Shown piece after piece: positions 14,125-26,938 of a stretch of DNA of 64,000 nt. The notes beneath the pieces were generated by a model, which ran no database searches, had not been told where the DNA came from, and was given only the letters and a program-made list of their open reading frames with translations. Location: assembly GCA_000182565.2 (NCBI GenBank), contig KQ257451.1. One strand, written 5' to 3'. The translations under genes and the position numbers were made by a program. How positions within the stretch are numbered: the first letter of the stretch is position 1; each line of letters begins with the position of its first letter. The stretch comes from Spizellomyces punctatus DAOM BR117 (Eukaryota).

Positions 14125-14788
14125 ATTGTTAAATGGAAATGTAATGTGCAAATGCTCAAAGAGATGAAAAGCGACTACAACGACTGCACACTTTTATCCT
14201 CGACGCTGCCCCGTTCTTTTATTTTTTTTTTTTTTCTGCAGTTTCTGGACGGGAAAATCGACGCGTTTTTTTTTTTGACTTCAAGGTATCCTAAGCAGCT
14301 CATTAACCCATAAATGGATGCGATGGGGGAGAGCGACGAGAGCTTGCAAGATGGACGGAATGGTTTTTCAACACGGTCGCAAACAAGGATAAGGAAACTT
14401 GCAGGAAATACTAACGATCTTGGCATTGCTCGTGTCGTCGTCGCAAATGCATGCTGACAGGTGGGGAACGATTGAGTGAAATTGGACTTTAAGCACAGCA
14501 TCCAAGTGGCCAATGTCCCAGAAAAAATAACTGTAGAAAAGGTGCTCGATATGTGACATGTAATCTCGTAAATGCTGGCTTTTTCCTTGTCTGCCCTGCT
14601 GCCAAAAATACAAAGAACGTTGCGTTTACTTATGCGGATATCTTTTGAAAATCGCTGTCCTTGGCTGTCAAGCCAAGTTAACAGGATCGCGTCTCGTAAG
14701 CGAGCGTAAGCAGTCCGACCAGTTAGATCTTGGCAAGTTAAACCTCCACAAATCATAGCCTTGAAATATAGCACATCTCTGAAAAAGG

Positions 14789-17700
14789 ATGGACAATGAC
14801 GGAGAAGCACCTGCACCATCTTCTGAAGGAGCTTCACCCGCTTCGCCATCTCCAGTAGAAACTCCCGTCACCGTACCAGCTGAGCAGGCTACTTCGCCAG
14901 TCCCACCTGAACAATCTGTACCAGCACAGCCCATTGAAGCATCTTCACCTGCACCTCCTTCTGAGGAATATGCTCCGATATCCGCCCCTGACCAATCTGC
15001 TCTCTCATCCCTAGCTGAAGAGTCTACCCCGGGACCGACTAATGAGGAATCTCATTCATCGTCATTAGTGGGAGGATCAGCGCCGGCACTTCCTATTGAA
15101 GAATCTGTTTTCTCATCATCTACAGATGAATCTAATCTGGCTCCCACTATTGAAGAATCTCCCGTCGATCCAGTGGATGTAGAGCCTGCTCCTACAAGGT
15201 CAAATGCAGGATCTGGGTATGCAACACCTACCGAAAATCCTCCATCTTCACCGCCTTTCGACGAGTATTCATTAACAGCAGAAGCTGAGATGGAAGAAAT
15301 CTCATCCCCACAACGTGATTCCAACGCAAATGCCGAAATATCTGCCTCTCAGAAAGATGTCCCAGAAACACCCAACTACCCTCCCCTACCTCCTCTCCCA
15401 ACTTATTCTCTTTCCTATGCCGAACAACAGAGGCCTCCAACCCGTACTCTAGAGACTAGCCTGGATAATGTGTACACGGCATCTGCGCAACAGAGATGGG
15501 CAAGCTCATCTGAGGTGGAAGCGTCCCCCCATGCTTCAGGCGATCTGGGTCCGGATGAGCCTTTGCCCAGACCTGAGGAAGGAGAGCAACATGAGTTTGA
15601 TGACGAGGATGCAGAGGCTATTGCTGAGGACACGGCGGTTATGGATCCTGATAATGTGAGGTTTTCTGCTCACATTTGGCAACACACGGGCTCAAAATCT
15701 AACGCCTTCGATATGTAGCCACTGATGCAACGTGTGCAAGCCGCTCTCTATAAGCAGCTATCCGAGCAAAAATCCAAACTTCAGTATGATCTGAAAGAGA
15801 AAGTAATTGATTGTTACTTTTGGTAGTTTGCTACGAGGTCAGTCTAATGACAATCCTTTGTTTCCTTCAGGAGGAAGCCGTTCGCGCCGCCAACCTTCGC
15901 AGAGAAGCCATTGGTGTTGAGCTTTACTCCTTGCAGCAACAACTAGCACGGCATCAAGCCATGCTCGAAGGCACACAGGACAATTTGAACGTGATTAGGG
16001 GCTATCGAGAAGAAGCGGAGCGTCGGTTGAGACATGCGACAGCGCAGTGGAAGGAACAGAAAGAGAAGGTGGAGCAGCATGCCAAAAACTGTGCGTATTT
16101 GCTTGAGGAATCTTTATTTTATTGTAGTTGCTCAAAAACGCCGATCGCTATTGCGCCTTTCCTCTCCTAGTGGACCAACACAAGCAAGAGCTTGAAAAGA
16201 TATCGAGGACAATCAAACAAGTGGATTTGTATAATGAGGAACTTCGATCTAAAATCCTTGTCGCCAAGCGAACAACAATGAAGGCCGAGGAAGACTTGAT
16301 CAAACAGGAGCAGGACAAGAAGCGCCAAGTATGTAGCGTGAGGTATCTACGTCCTGTATTATGACAAGATGCTTATTAGCAGCTATTCTACATATTAGGA
16401 TTACTTTGTTGACCACCTTACAGATCAATTGCGTAAACTCCAAGAACGCCGGGCTTTATATGAGACACAACTGCTTGCGCAACAGAAAGAGACCAAAGCA
16501 GCTATGGAGACACTGCAGGATGCTGCGACGGAAATGGAGGTAAGGCATCCCAAAAATGGCCACAACAAGAGCGGTTCAACTTAGCTCTGCTTCTAGGCGA
16601 TACAATTTGAGAAACGACAGCTTCTCCATCAATGGAAAAGCAGTTTGATCGGGCTCCAAAAGCGGGAAGAAGTTCTCCAACAAATCGATGCTGGCATCCA
16701 GTGAGTGTTCTCCATTGTTGTGCCTTGGTAATTTACACTCTTTTTCTCATATCATATTGACCAGGAAAAATAAGGATACCATCCTGAATATGACCGGGGA
16801 GATCTCTGGCTTCAAGCATTCGCTTCGCAAAGCGCAGGAAGAGAATGAATCGCTCACTGTCCTTTTGAATAAATTGGAGGGGGAGGTAGATTTTCTGAAA
16901 AGGGAGATAGGATCAATCAATGAACAGAAGGAGAAGCTAAAGGAGAGTTGGACAATGTACACAAAAAGTCTGTCTCAGACTGAAGCGGAATTGGGGACAG
17001 TCATGTTGGTATGGCTCTGTAACATGCTCGTTGACACTGTTGCCCTTACAATACTCACACACATATCAACAGGAACGTCAGACACTTCAAATGGAGATGT
17101 CGGCAGTTCAGAAACAGACCCACATAACCGTCGTGGCCACCCAAAAGCTCCAATCTGAAATCACCGAACATCTGCAAACCCAGCTTTCAATTTCCAAAGG
17201 CGCTCAAGGCACGCGTAAAGACAATAACCGTCTCCATAACCAAATACATGAGAAGGAGGCAACAATCGCCCAAGTGGAGAACGACCTTAGTCACATCAGG
17301 TTGGAGACACTAAACGCAAATTCTCGAATACGGGGGATGAAGGAGACGCTGCAGGTTTTGGATGCGGAGCTGGCGGAGCGAAATGAGGTTATCGAGAAAT
17401 ATGAGGTGGAGATACGCAGGAGAAACGATGAGCTGGGAAAGAAACAGGGTGAAATGGATCTGTTGAACAAGAAATACGATCAGTTAACGGCGAAGAATCT
17501 GGTGCGAGTCTATTCCATACCAACTACAACGACCCGCAATCTAATTCTAATGTTTAGGATGAATCCGTTGGCCCATTGGAAGCAACCATTCATAATCTGA
17601 GCAAATTGGTTCAACAAAAGGAGAAGGAATGCTCACAGCTTTCGCAATTCTGGCTTCGTTCACAAAACGAGCTAGTCGTAATGACAAAGCGAACAGGAGA

Positions 17701-19090
17701 AGTATCAGATGAAACCCAGGATCTGCGGATGCGATTGACTGTATTGAGCCGCAAAAAGATGGTGGTAAACAGTTGAGTATCGTGAAACCCCTGGAACAAT
17801 GCGTAGAAATGAATACTGATATTAAGTGATTCCAGATGCATTTGATACTGAGCTGAAAGAGATTAGGGAGCACCAACGAAACATCCGACAACTTCAAAAT
17901 GACATGGTGAAGATAAATACACTTCTCACCCGTCAAGCCTCTGTGCAAAATAAACTGGAGGAGAACAATCTCGGCTTAGAGCAAGAGTTCAGAGCGAAGC
18001 TGAAGGTAAAGCGCAGTTACATGACATCTATAACGAGTACAAATCTTAACGTCTCCTGTAGCATGCAGAACTTGAGTCGATCCAAATGGAGCAGAATCTT
18101 GAGAATCTCAAATCCGAAAAGCAACGCGCTCTCCAAGGCCTGGTTGAGGCAGAGTAAGTAGTCGACTCACTGCTCTCCTCAAGTTGCAAGCTAAAAGAGG
18201 AGTGTTACAGACGCCAAATGATGCTATGGGAGAAGAAGATACAGCTGGCGCGAGAGACGCAGGCGGCTCTTGATCCAAATGTTGGGGCTACAGAGATCAA
18301 AGAGATGCAAGCAGAGATTCATCGAATGAAACTTCGATATGCAAGCATGCTTAAGTTGCAGGAAAAGATGGTCGCGGAAATGGAGAAAAGCGTGTATAGA
18401 AGGGAGAGCATCACAGCACGGACGAAGACAAAAGGCAAAGGAGGCGGACAAATATCACTGCAGAAAGCAATTACTGATCTAACAAAGAAGATCCGAATGA
18501 CCATGAACGATCTGCGGGAGTGTGATCAAGGTGACCTTCCCAGAGAAGCAATATAACGAGGACAATTCTCACCGGTTCCAAACCTCCAGATATCGTGGCG
18601 CTACAATCTTCTCAAGAGAATCTGACAGCTCAAGTCTCTCAAGCTTCAAATTCAATCACAGACCTGGAAGCAAAGGAGCAGCAGCTCCTGACGGACATTG
18701 AAACTCAATTACAAAAGAAGGAGCTGGTTCGTAGCATTCATGTTTCCTATCATCTCTGGTTTCACCCTTTAATGACCGTTTATAAAGTTGGCCAATCAGA
18801 CTCTTTTGAAGCAACGTCAAGCACGACGATATCGAGATGTTGCAGATGGAAAGTACAGTTTCCTCGTACGAGAGGCTGACCAAAGGGAAGTGGAGCGAGA
18901 TAAACACAAGGAACGTTTAGGAAAGATTGACAGTGTAATCAGAACTGTCGAGGTTAGTTCCAGGATTGGCCACTTTCATTCTTACCCACCCTGAACCTTT
19001 ATTGCATGTGTTTAGACGGAATATGGTGTATCGGTGAAATCGAGCTTTGAACCAATACATAACCTTATTGCAATGGGGTTGACAGTCTGA
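14789..19090 (+). CDS. CCDC40: CCDC40 (FAP172) axonemal 96-nm ruler protein
   Basis: Acidic Pro-rich N-terminus, then MDPDNPLMQRVQAALYKQL, REAIGVELYSLQQQLAR, KKRQDYFVD, MLWEKKIQLARE...EIHRMKLRY; about 13 exons. Confidence 0.92.
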
Positions 19091-19272
19091 TCATGGCAGT
19101 ACGGGTTGGCAGTAGACGAACTGACAATATTTGAGGGCGGGCCCTCTTTGAAATATCTCCTGCTTGTACAATTAGTTAGATACAGTGTGACAATTAAGGA
19201 TGTTCACTGGTTAATATTAAAGCCTAGAAACATGATTGATAGAAGTGTTCATTATTTACATATGGGTAACGT

Positions 19273-20129
19273 TTATTTTCTCGCAGGGCGAGGATGTTGG
19301 CTGAGAACTTCTTCCGATCCCTTCTTGGAGCATGGAGCTGACAAGTCCATTGATCCCATTACACTTCCCATGCGACTCGCGCTTCGACTTCCGGTACGTT
19401 GATGACCGTCATTGTTCATGCCCATCGTGCTCGGGATTCTACTTGCTGTTCTATGCCTGGATTTAGATTGCTGCTGTTGCTGTTTCTGTTCCTGGGCCTG
19501 AGCCAGGGCCGCTGCCAGATTTTTAGCAGTTAATGTTCCAACGTCTTTGCTATGTCTCTCTGCGATCGATATAAGGCGGTCGTTCAAAACTGGAGTAGAG
19601 ATGTTGAGGAGAGCTAACGCTTGGACAAGCTGAATATTTTCGGTGATCAACTGTTGCACAGCAGTATTCCACTATAAGATGATTCAGCATCAGAAACTTG
19701 TAAATGCGTTATAAGGAGATCAGATGGCCACACCTCTTGTTCGTGCCTCCTGTTAACCTCTATTTCAGCGCGCAATCCATCAACATCGTGCTGAATATCA
19801 AAGAGAGCTCGTTTCTTTTTGAAAAGCTCTGAGTGCAGTGCATCTTCCTGCCGGCGAAACCGGTCGAGGGCAATTTCTGGGAAGAGACTGGTAGAATTTG
19901 GCTGCTCTGGGCTCATTGCTGGTGTTTGCAAACTTTCCCCTGCGGTCGGTGTTTCGGCTTGCAACGTTGAGGATGTCGCTGCTATGAGACAATGCACGGT
20001 TGGTAATGAGGGTCCGGTTGCACTATCAAAAGCAGCTTCCAGGTTCGTTCCTCCGCTTGTGGTCCCTCCAATAGCATTGTCGTCAGCCAACGGTGTGGAT
20101 GCTGTTCGCGAAGCTGATGCCGCTGTCAT
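19273..20129 (-). CDS. Hypothetical protein with short coiled coil (2+ exons)
   Basis: Consecutive ORFs 19647-20138 and 19273-19659 joinable by a GT-AG intron; no family recognised; start uncertain. Confidence 0.5.
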
Positions 20130-20372
20130 GTCTTCCACCTGCTGAAAATGGGTAGCAATTCTAGCTCACAGAGGCAGCATTTCAATCGGATTTCTCGCAG
20201 TTCCAGGTTCATTGGGGTTAGTTGATGGTGCAGGATGTCGGGAGTTGGTGTGGAGGACCCCGCCCACCGCGTGCTTACTTAATAGGCTTAGCACTGAAGC
20301 TCCATGACAACTGGTAGTCCGACGTTCAAACATTCAACGTTGACCTTCCAGATCACCGTCCCGTTCTTCGCC

Positions 20373-21523
20373 ATGGCGGCCACACGCTGCTTCGTTAGCG
20401 CCAGCCTGTTTACACGCCGTGCTACCTTTACTACTCATGGTACTCAACCCATACTTCTCCGTCATACCTTTCGTCATGGTCGTCTCTATGCGACTGCTCC
20501 ACCCCAGAACCGAACAATAGCCAACGATCCACACCCGACACCGAGACCAGAAAACATCGCCTACTTCACCGGAAACCCTCGATACTATCAAGATGTGATG
20601 GATTTAAACGCTTTGATTCGGAAGCATGCTCTCTCATTCAGAGATAGTTCTCAGTACAAATCCATTATGGCAAAACCCAAGTGGATGACGTTGGAGGAGA
20701 TGCAAGAGTTTCTCGAGTATAAACTCGTTCGAAGCACATACACTGAGCTCGTGCATAAGCTGAATATTCTATATACAGTTCAAGGTAACTCTCACATATT
20801 GCTGCCTCCGTAGTGTCAGAAAGAGACCGTCCTAATGTTGCCATTAGCTCGTGATCCGGACGTAAACCGGTTGCTGTCAAGATTTGTCAAACCAGGAGCA
20901 GCGCTTGTTACACAGGTGAAGGAGCGGGCTGGTTTGGACGAATTTGGTCGGTCATACTCGTACGGATCAAGAAAAACCGCAAAGGCACAAGCGTGGATGG
21001 TGAAGGGTGATGGTCAAGTATATGTGAACGGCACTCCCGTCTCGGATTATTTTGCTGAGGATGTTGACCGCGAAGTTGTTGTGCGACCACTTGAGGTGGC
21101 TCGTCAGTTGGGGAAGTATAATGTTTGGGCGTTGGTGAAGGGTGGGGGGCCCTCTGGTATGTCATCTTGATCGGTCGTTGAACAACGATTCATGGGCGAC
21201 AAGCTTAACTTTCCCCTGAAGGGCAAGCTGCCGCGGTCTCTGTAGCAGTGGCACGAGGGTTAGTCATACATGATCCAATGCTAGAGACGGCCATGAAAGA
21301 AAGTAAGTTAACTGTAGGTCTTACTTTTATATCCCATTCTTAAAACATAATGTCTCTTCTTCTAGCGGGACTTACGACAATCGACACCAGACAGGTTGAA
21401 CGTAAAAAGACAGGTCAACCCAAAGCCAGAAAGAAGAATACTTGGTAAGCGGTCTTCTTGTCTTCCATTGGATCTTGATGGATCATCTAATTGTAATGAC
21501 TCGTTTGCAGGGTCAAACGTTAA
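20373..21523 (+). CDS. MRPS9: Mitochondrial ribosomal protein uS9m
   Basis: Presequence; YFTGNPRY; GSRKTAKAQAW..KGDGQVYVNG; VKGGGPSGQA; RQVERKKTGQPKARKKNTWVKR*. Confidence 0.93.
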
Positions 21524-21658
21524 GCCAATCTACACCATTCGCGGAGGTAAAGCATACGGTTCATGTATCATAGACATCAATTTATTCCTATCATGAAAAA
21601 TGGCAGTGGAAAACTGTGCAACGCAGGGTGACGATGGATTGTATTCTCCTTAATAATA

Positions 21659-22633
21659 TTAGAGATCCTTGATGGATGCCTTCACATACTCTTGTATTGG
21701 CGTACTGAAATCTGAATGTTTCCCAAACGATACAGCAGCCGCAGAGGCATGACCGGGAGCAGTAGTTCCATTGGGCGTTCGAAGGCGTTGGAGATCTTTT
21801 GTGGGTGTTGACGAGATGGTGGTTCCATTTCCTTTAACTGCGCTGTCCGACCAGAAAGTAATGGGATGGGCAAAACGAGCTTTGTCGGCCTATTAGGTGG
21901 TATATGGTCAACGCTAGCTCAACTCCGCCCTTTTTGGTCAACCTTCGCGACATTACCTCCGATGGTGGCTCGCTGCCTGCATCGATCAGAATATACGCAA
22001 TTAGGGATATCCTTTGTCATACAACCGTCATGATGCACGTACCCAGCTCCTTCAATGTTCCATATACGTCCTCGTGAGCAAAATCTGCTTGATGAGTTGA
22101 TCTAAAGATAGGAGTTGTCAGTCAGTCCGGATAGTCGAATGAGAAAAATCGAGACTATACATACATCCAACCCTTGGCTGATCGGTCAAGTGGAGTGTCT
22201 TTCACATCCTCGCTTAATATCCAGTGTTATCTCAAAATTGATATTTCTTGTATATTGTCAGCAATTGCACTCACGTACATAGCTTTTTTCAGAAGATTTT
22301 CCTCTACGAGTTGACTTCGCTTTCCCAAGTGATTCACATTTTTGTCTAGAACATTGAATGGCTTATGTGCCTCGCGCTGCGTAGTGGTCTTGTACTGCTT
22401 TTCTAAGCCGTGGATCAAGATATCCTGTAACGGACAATGAGTCAAGTGAAACCCAATATGATAGTATCTTCAGCCCTGATTCTCACACGATGACCGTTTT
22501 TACTCAGGTTTGCAATATCCTCTCGCTCATCCAACACTCGGTCACCAACCGCCCGCTCTTCCACCCAGTTTTCCAACAGAGTCGCACCAACACCGTGATG
22601 GCGATTCCAATCTGTGCCGTTGTGGAATTGCAT
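21659..22633 (-). CDS. SPAG8: SPAG8/FAP143-like axonemal microtubule inner protein
   Basis: N-terminal TLLENWVEERAV; spliced C-terminal exon reads HPITFWSD...FGKHSDFSTPIQEY, matching SPAG8-family motifs as I recall them. Confidence 0.7.
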
Positions 22634-22927
22634 TCTTACGGAGCTGCAATGGCAGAGAAACTGAAGTGGGTTGGTCGATAGAAGGGAGACCCCGATGGCT
22701 TACGTAATTTACAATGTCAAATGTATCGGAAATAATAATATATAAAATATTTTCCAAAAAAAAAAAGAGAAACTAATATAGACAATCGAAAAAGAAAGAG
22801 TCCGTAATAAATAAATCTCCATCGGCACTGCTCGCCTCAATACATAGCACCTCCGATGACCTCCCACGGGCCACCCCGACAGGTGAGCCCGCGAAGGTTC
22901 TATGAACGCGGAACTGCCAAGTGTTCG

Positions 22928-25794
22928 CTATCGTTCCGTAATAGGGGAAGACTCTGTAATGACAATTTCATCGTCAGACTCGTCATATCCGCTGGTTTCG
23001 GAGTCATCAGCGGTTTCGGTCTCGCTAGCTGTTGATGTCGTCGGGTCATCTCGAACCATTGCATCTTCAGTTTCTGGAGCCGAAAAACCAGTCGTCAACA
23101 AACGTATGAACGCCAAATCCTCGTCCTTTTCGTGCTCTTCCAATCCCTGCGGAAAGGATGGAACAATGATCTGATAGCATACTGGTCAAATGCGGGGTCG
23201 CGCACAGTCCGAAATAAGACATGTTTTTCACCTTGCCCCTTAGGATATCTTTGCGTTTTTTGCATAGCCGCTTCTTTACCCAGCCGGGAGCGTCTTCTAG
23301 CGATTGCGCGGCTCGCGCGACACGCTGTCTTCGGAGAGCTTTCGGTGAATAAGCAAACGTCAGCCCTACAATGGTAACCGATATCAGCACATCCTCGATT
23401 CAGTCCAATTTCACGTTTGGCAAAGCCTTCAATACTGACCTGGTTGTCTACTTAAGTCGCGATTTCTCTCCGCTACTAAACGTTGCTTCTTTTCGCCGAT
23501 ACTGTCCAACATCTTCTTTCGTGTATTCCACCGTCGATCCTATTAACGTAAAGATTGTCTCATTAATGAGCGCCGAAAAAAAGCTTGCCAAGCGGTCAAT
23601 TAAAGCTACCAGAAACGTATCAGAGGCAAGCTTCACTGCGGCCTCATACTGGCTATTGATGTGTATAATAGTATGCCGGAGCTGATTGGCCGCTATCGTC
23701 AACCGTCTTTCTCGTTTTTCTGTGATTTCAGCAATTTGGGAAAGATACTCCGGATGGTTGCCTGTGAGCCAACTAAATCAGTCAAGCTTGCTCGTGCGGA
23801 TGCAGATCAACTGTTCAAGAACACTTGAAAAGCGACACCCACCTTCGCCAAGGAGTTTTTCCTCGAGCTCAACCTGCTGCAATTCCAAATCACACAATCT
23901 TAAAACGTATTGGTGAATACACGAGTCTCATAAATATGAAGCAGCACACGTCAGACCATCATACCTTTTACGGATAGATTCGGCTTGTGCCTTGATTTCC
24001 AGCATCTCCGCTCGGTATAATTCACCTGCTTTCTGAATGACGCCTAATCGTTCATCAAACGGGTCATTTTCGGGAGCGACCGAGACGCTCTTCGTGGGTG
24101 AACAGGCTTGATTAAGCTGCATGAGATCCTCTGCGTCTGTTGAACATTGTTCGATGAATTTAGCCACTGCCACAGCCTTTCCATAACATAAGGCCAGATA
24201 CGATCCCTGACACATACCATTGACTGCGTTACCGTCTTCAATTTCCTCACCACGCTGCGCAGGCGGTGTTCGGTCCCGCTTAGAGCTAGCTACCCCATTT
24301 TTACCAGTGAGGCTTTGCACGACTCTTCCGCGTTTCTCACGTTTTCTCCGCTTGCCTCGAACAGACGTTGCTCGTGGCCCTCGAAGCTTCTGAGCAGGCG
24401 GCTGCTGTTCAATCACCTCAACTGCAGGTTCTGGCGGTTCGGGATGCTCTTCAATATCGAGTGAAGGGCTTCTGATACGTCTATCAACGGCTTTTGGCAG
24501 CCACGGCCGCAACAGTGGAAAACTGCTTAGGTCAAAAGGTGATCGATTCGCTTCCGGACACATCGGGCGGAAACTCGCAATGCTACTGGTAGGTGATGAT
24601 CTTGTTCTCCAAAGTGACTCAAACATATCGCCGTCATATAAAGGCACCATACTTTCAGCCAACGTAACCTTACGTGTCGATTTCAACCAAGGCTCCGGCT
24701 TTCCAAGAATGTCGTAATATGTGGGCCACCCATATTCTCCGTAACCATAGGACGCGCCGTACAAGTCCAACTCTTCGGAAGCTCCTCTTCCGTTGAGCCT
24801 TCCGCTGTTTTCCAACGACAGCATGTAGTCGCCATAGCTTTCTTCTTCACCCTGTCGATAGGGCGTCCGGTAGGCGTTGTGGCCTGATGAAATATCCACA
24901 TCTCCAGTCTTGGCGTGGCCAAGAGTTTGTTCTCTTCTATTTGATTCGCATGACAAGGTAGTTGCTGCAGACGGAGCTGGCGACGCGGCTTCCGTCGCTG
25001 GGTTCGCAGACGGAGGTGATACAGTAGAAGTGGTTATTGATGACGAGAAGTTCGGCAGTGTGCCCTCTGGTAGAGAGCCGGCTATATGCGGTTGTTTCCC
25101 TCCTGGTGCTGCGGATGCCGGAGCCAAAGCAGCCGATAACTGTGAGGTCGCCACAGACGATGACGGGGCCGAAGGAGTGTGGACAGAGGATGGAGCCGGA
25201 AAGTATCTCTGTGGTGCAGAACCAGATGTGGCATGCATCGACGAACTGGAAGTTGCGGACATAGATGCACCATATCCAAAGGGGTTGGCATACAGGCTCG
25301 CGAGACTTGCGCCATATAGATTTTCTAGTGCGGCCAATCCCTGGCTGTAGTCGTAGTCGTTTTTCTGGTTTGATCCGTACCAGTAGGGAGTATAGAGATT
25401 AGGAGCACTGTACGGTGCAACGTTTTCCGTTGCCGTCTGAAATGAACAATAGGTGATCAAGTGTCAGCACTCGGCAGCGAATGGGAACAGCGTAGAAACG
25501 CTTGGAGTTACATAAGCCTACCGATGTGGGGATTGCAGGTATGCTGGTAGGAACATCATTTGCCGGGAACGTGCCACTCTGCGCACTGTCGCTCGCTGCC
25601 CGAAGTGGTTCTCGTGCAAAACTATTATAATATGCTTCGTAAAATCGAAGGAGGTCTTGGGCAAGATGATCGGGAATCGAATAGGACGGGAGTGGCTCAA
25701 CGTCATTATGATTGACGGTGGTTGTCTGACTTGACGGTGCGGGAAAAGCCTGAGACGCCGCATGGGAGGTGCGGTGGGCTGAGAGATCTGACAT
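22928..25794 (-). CDS. Sds3-like domain protein (Sin3/Rpd3L HDAC complex-type) with long low-complexity N-terminus
   Basis: Exon ~23450-23760 reads HPEYLSQIAEITEKRERRLTIAANQLRHTIIHINSQYEAAVKLASDTF (Sds3-like pattern); 510-aa ORF 23928-25460. Confidence 0.6.
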
Positions 25795-26938
25795 GTGCTT
25801 GCGACGGAAAGCCAAGCAGAAACACGCGCACAGAACGCGTCACAATAGCTGAAGAGTCCTGTACGGCAACGGCAATAACGCTACAAGCAGATGAAGCGAG
25901 AGAAGCACGGCGAACAACAAGTGCGCTCCAGGGCGTTCCCCAACCTCTCCCTCGTGCAACAACCCAATAACAAGTCTCCACAGAGGTCAAACGCACAGTA
26001 AATTTGTGTCAGGAAAGGAAAGGCGAGTTGTCGTTCTTCACAGAGGACGGAGGAGTAGGAACAGCTTAAGGCAGGTCGTGTTGGATTTCGCTGGTCAACT
26101 TGGGAGGGAATGGAACACCTGCCCGGATATCAGGCCAATATTGCACTCAGATTGCAGTCCGGCTCTCACACAAATGTGTGCTGTTGGTGACGGTAAAGAG
26201 AAGGGAGAACCGATAGTGACTATCGGCAGCAGCGCTGGAATGAAACTGATTGTAGGTAAGAAGGTGGAGTAGGCTTGGAGTTGGACTTCGATCGCTAAGC
26301 TAAGCACATTGGTCTCCCTTGATTCAAATCACGTGTCCCTATTCATGTGGGCCAGAGCAAGAATGAATTGCTATCTAAATTGCCCATTCGTTGGGTGGTA
26401 GATATTAGGCATGATATTGCACGGGCATGAGAGCACCTCTTCAATGGGCTGGCAGTTTGAACGCTGCTCGGCGTAAAAAACGACACCGGGCCCGCTGGCT
26501 GCGCATAGCTTGGGCGTTTGTTTATAAAGCAATCGCGTAAGCAGCAATTGAACACTAGCCATGAGTTTCAGCGTATGGAAAAAAAAATATGTACGAGATG
26601 TAAAGCCAACAATTCTCCCTTGCTCAGCTAATGTTGACCTGACAGTATTTGGATATGTCGGTGCAGGCAAATCACCCACCATAGTATATGACAAGAGGTT
26701 ATACAATACTCTTCAGTGTTCACGCAGCCGGACCTTTGAAATGTGTTATATTTCCGTCTATATCTTGCCTAACATAAGTCACATAGTTCAGTATGTGCCT
26801 GATAAAATCCTCCCAGATGATGTTCTTGCGACGGAGGGCATATCAGACTGCCAGACCGCCCTTGGAACCGACAAGGTTTCCAGAGTCTTTCCAGGAGAAT
26901 CCCAGCCTGTGGCTTAGCTTGTCCGGGAGCCTGGACAG

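Noticed and set aside
14175..14849. 224-aa minus-strand ORF in the ARB1/CCDC40 spacer
   Set aside because: Crosses poly-T promoter tracts and overlaps the CCDC40 start; no family motif
26210..26226. Perfect hairpin CCGATAG-TGA-CTATCGG in the Sds3-like/DONSON spacer
   Set aside because: A single 7-bp stem is expected by chance in 64 kb; no other ncRNA features
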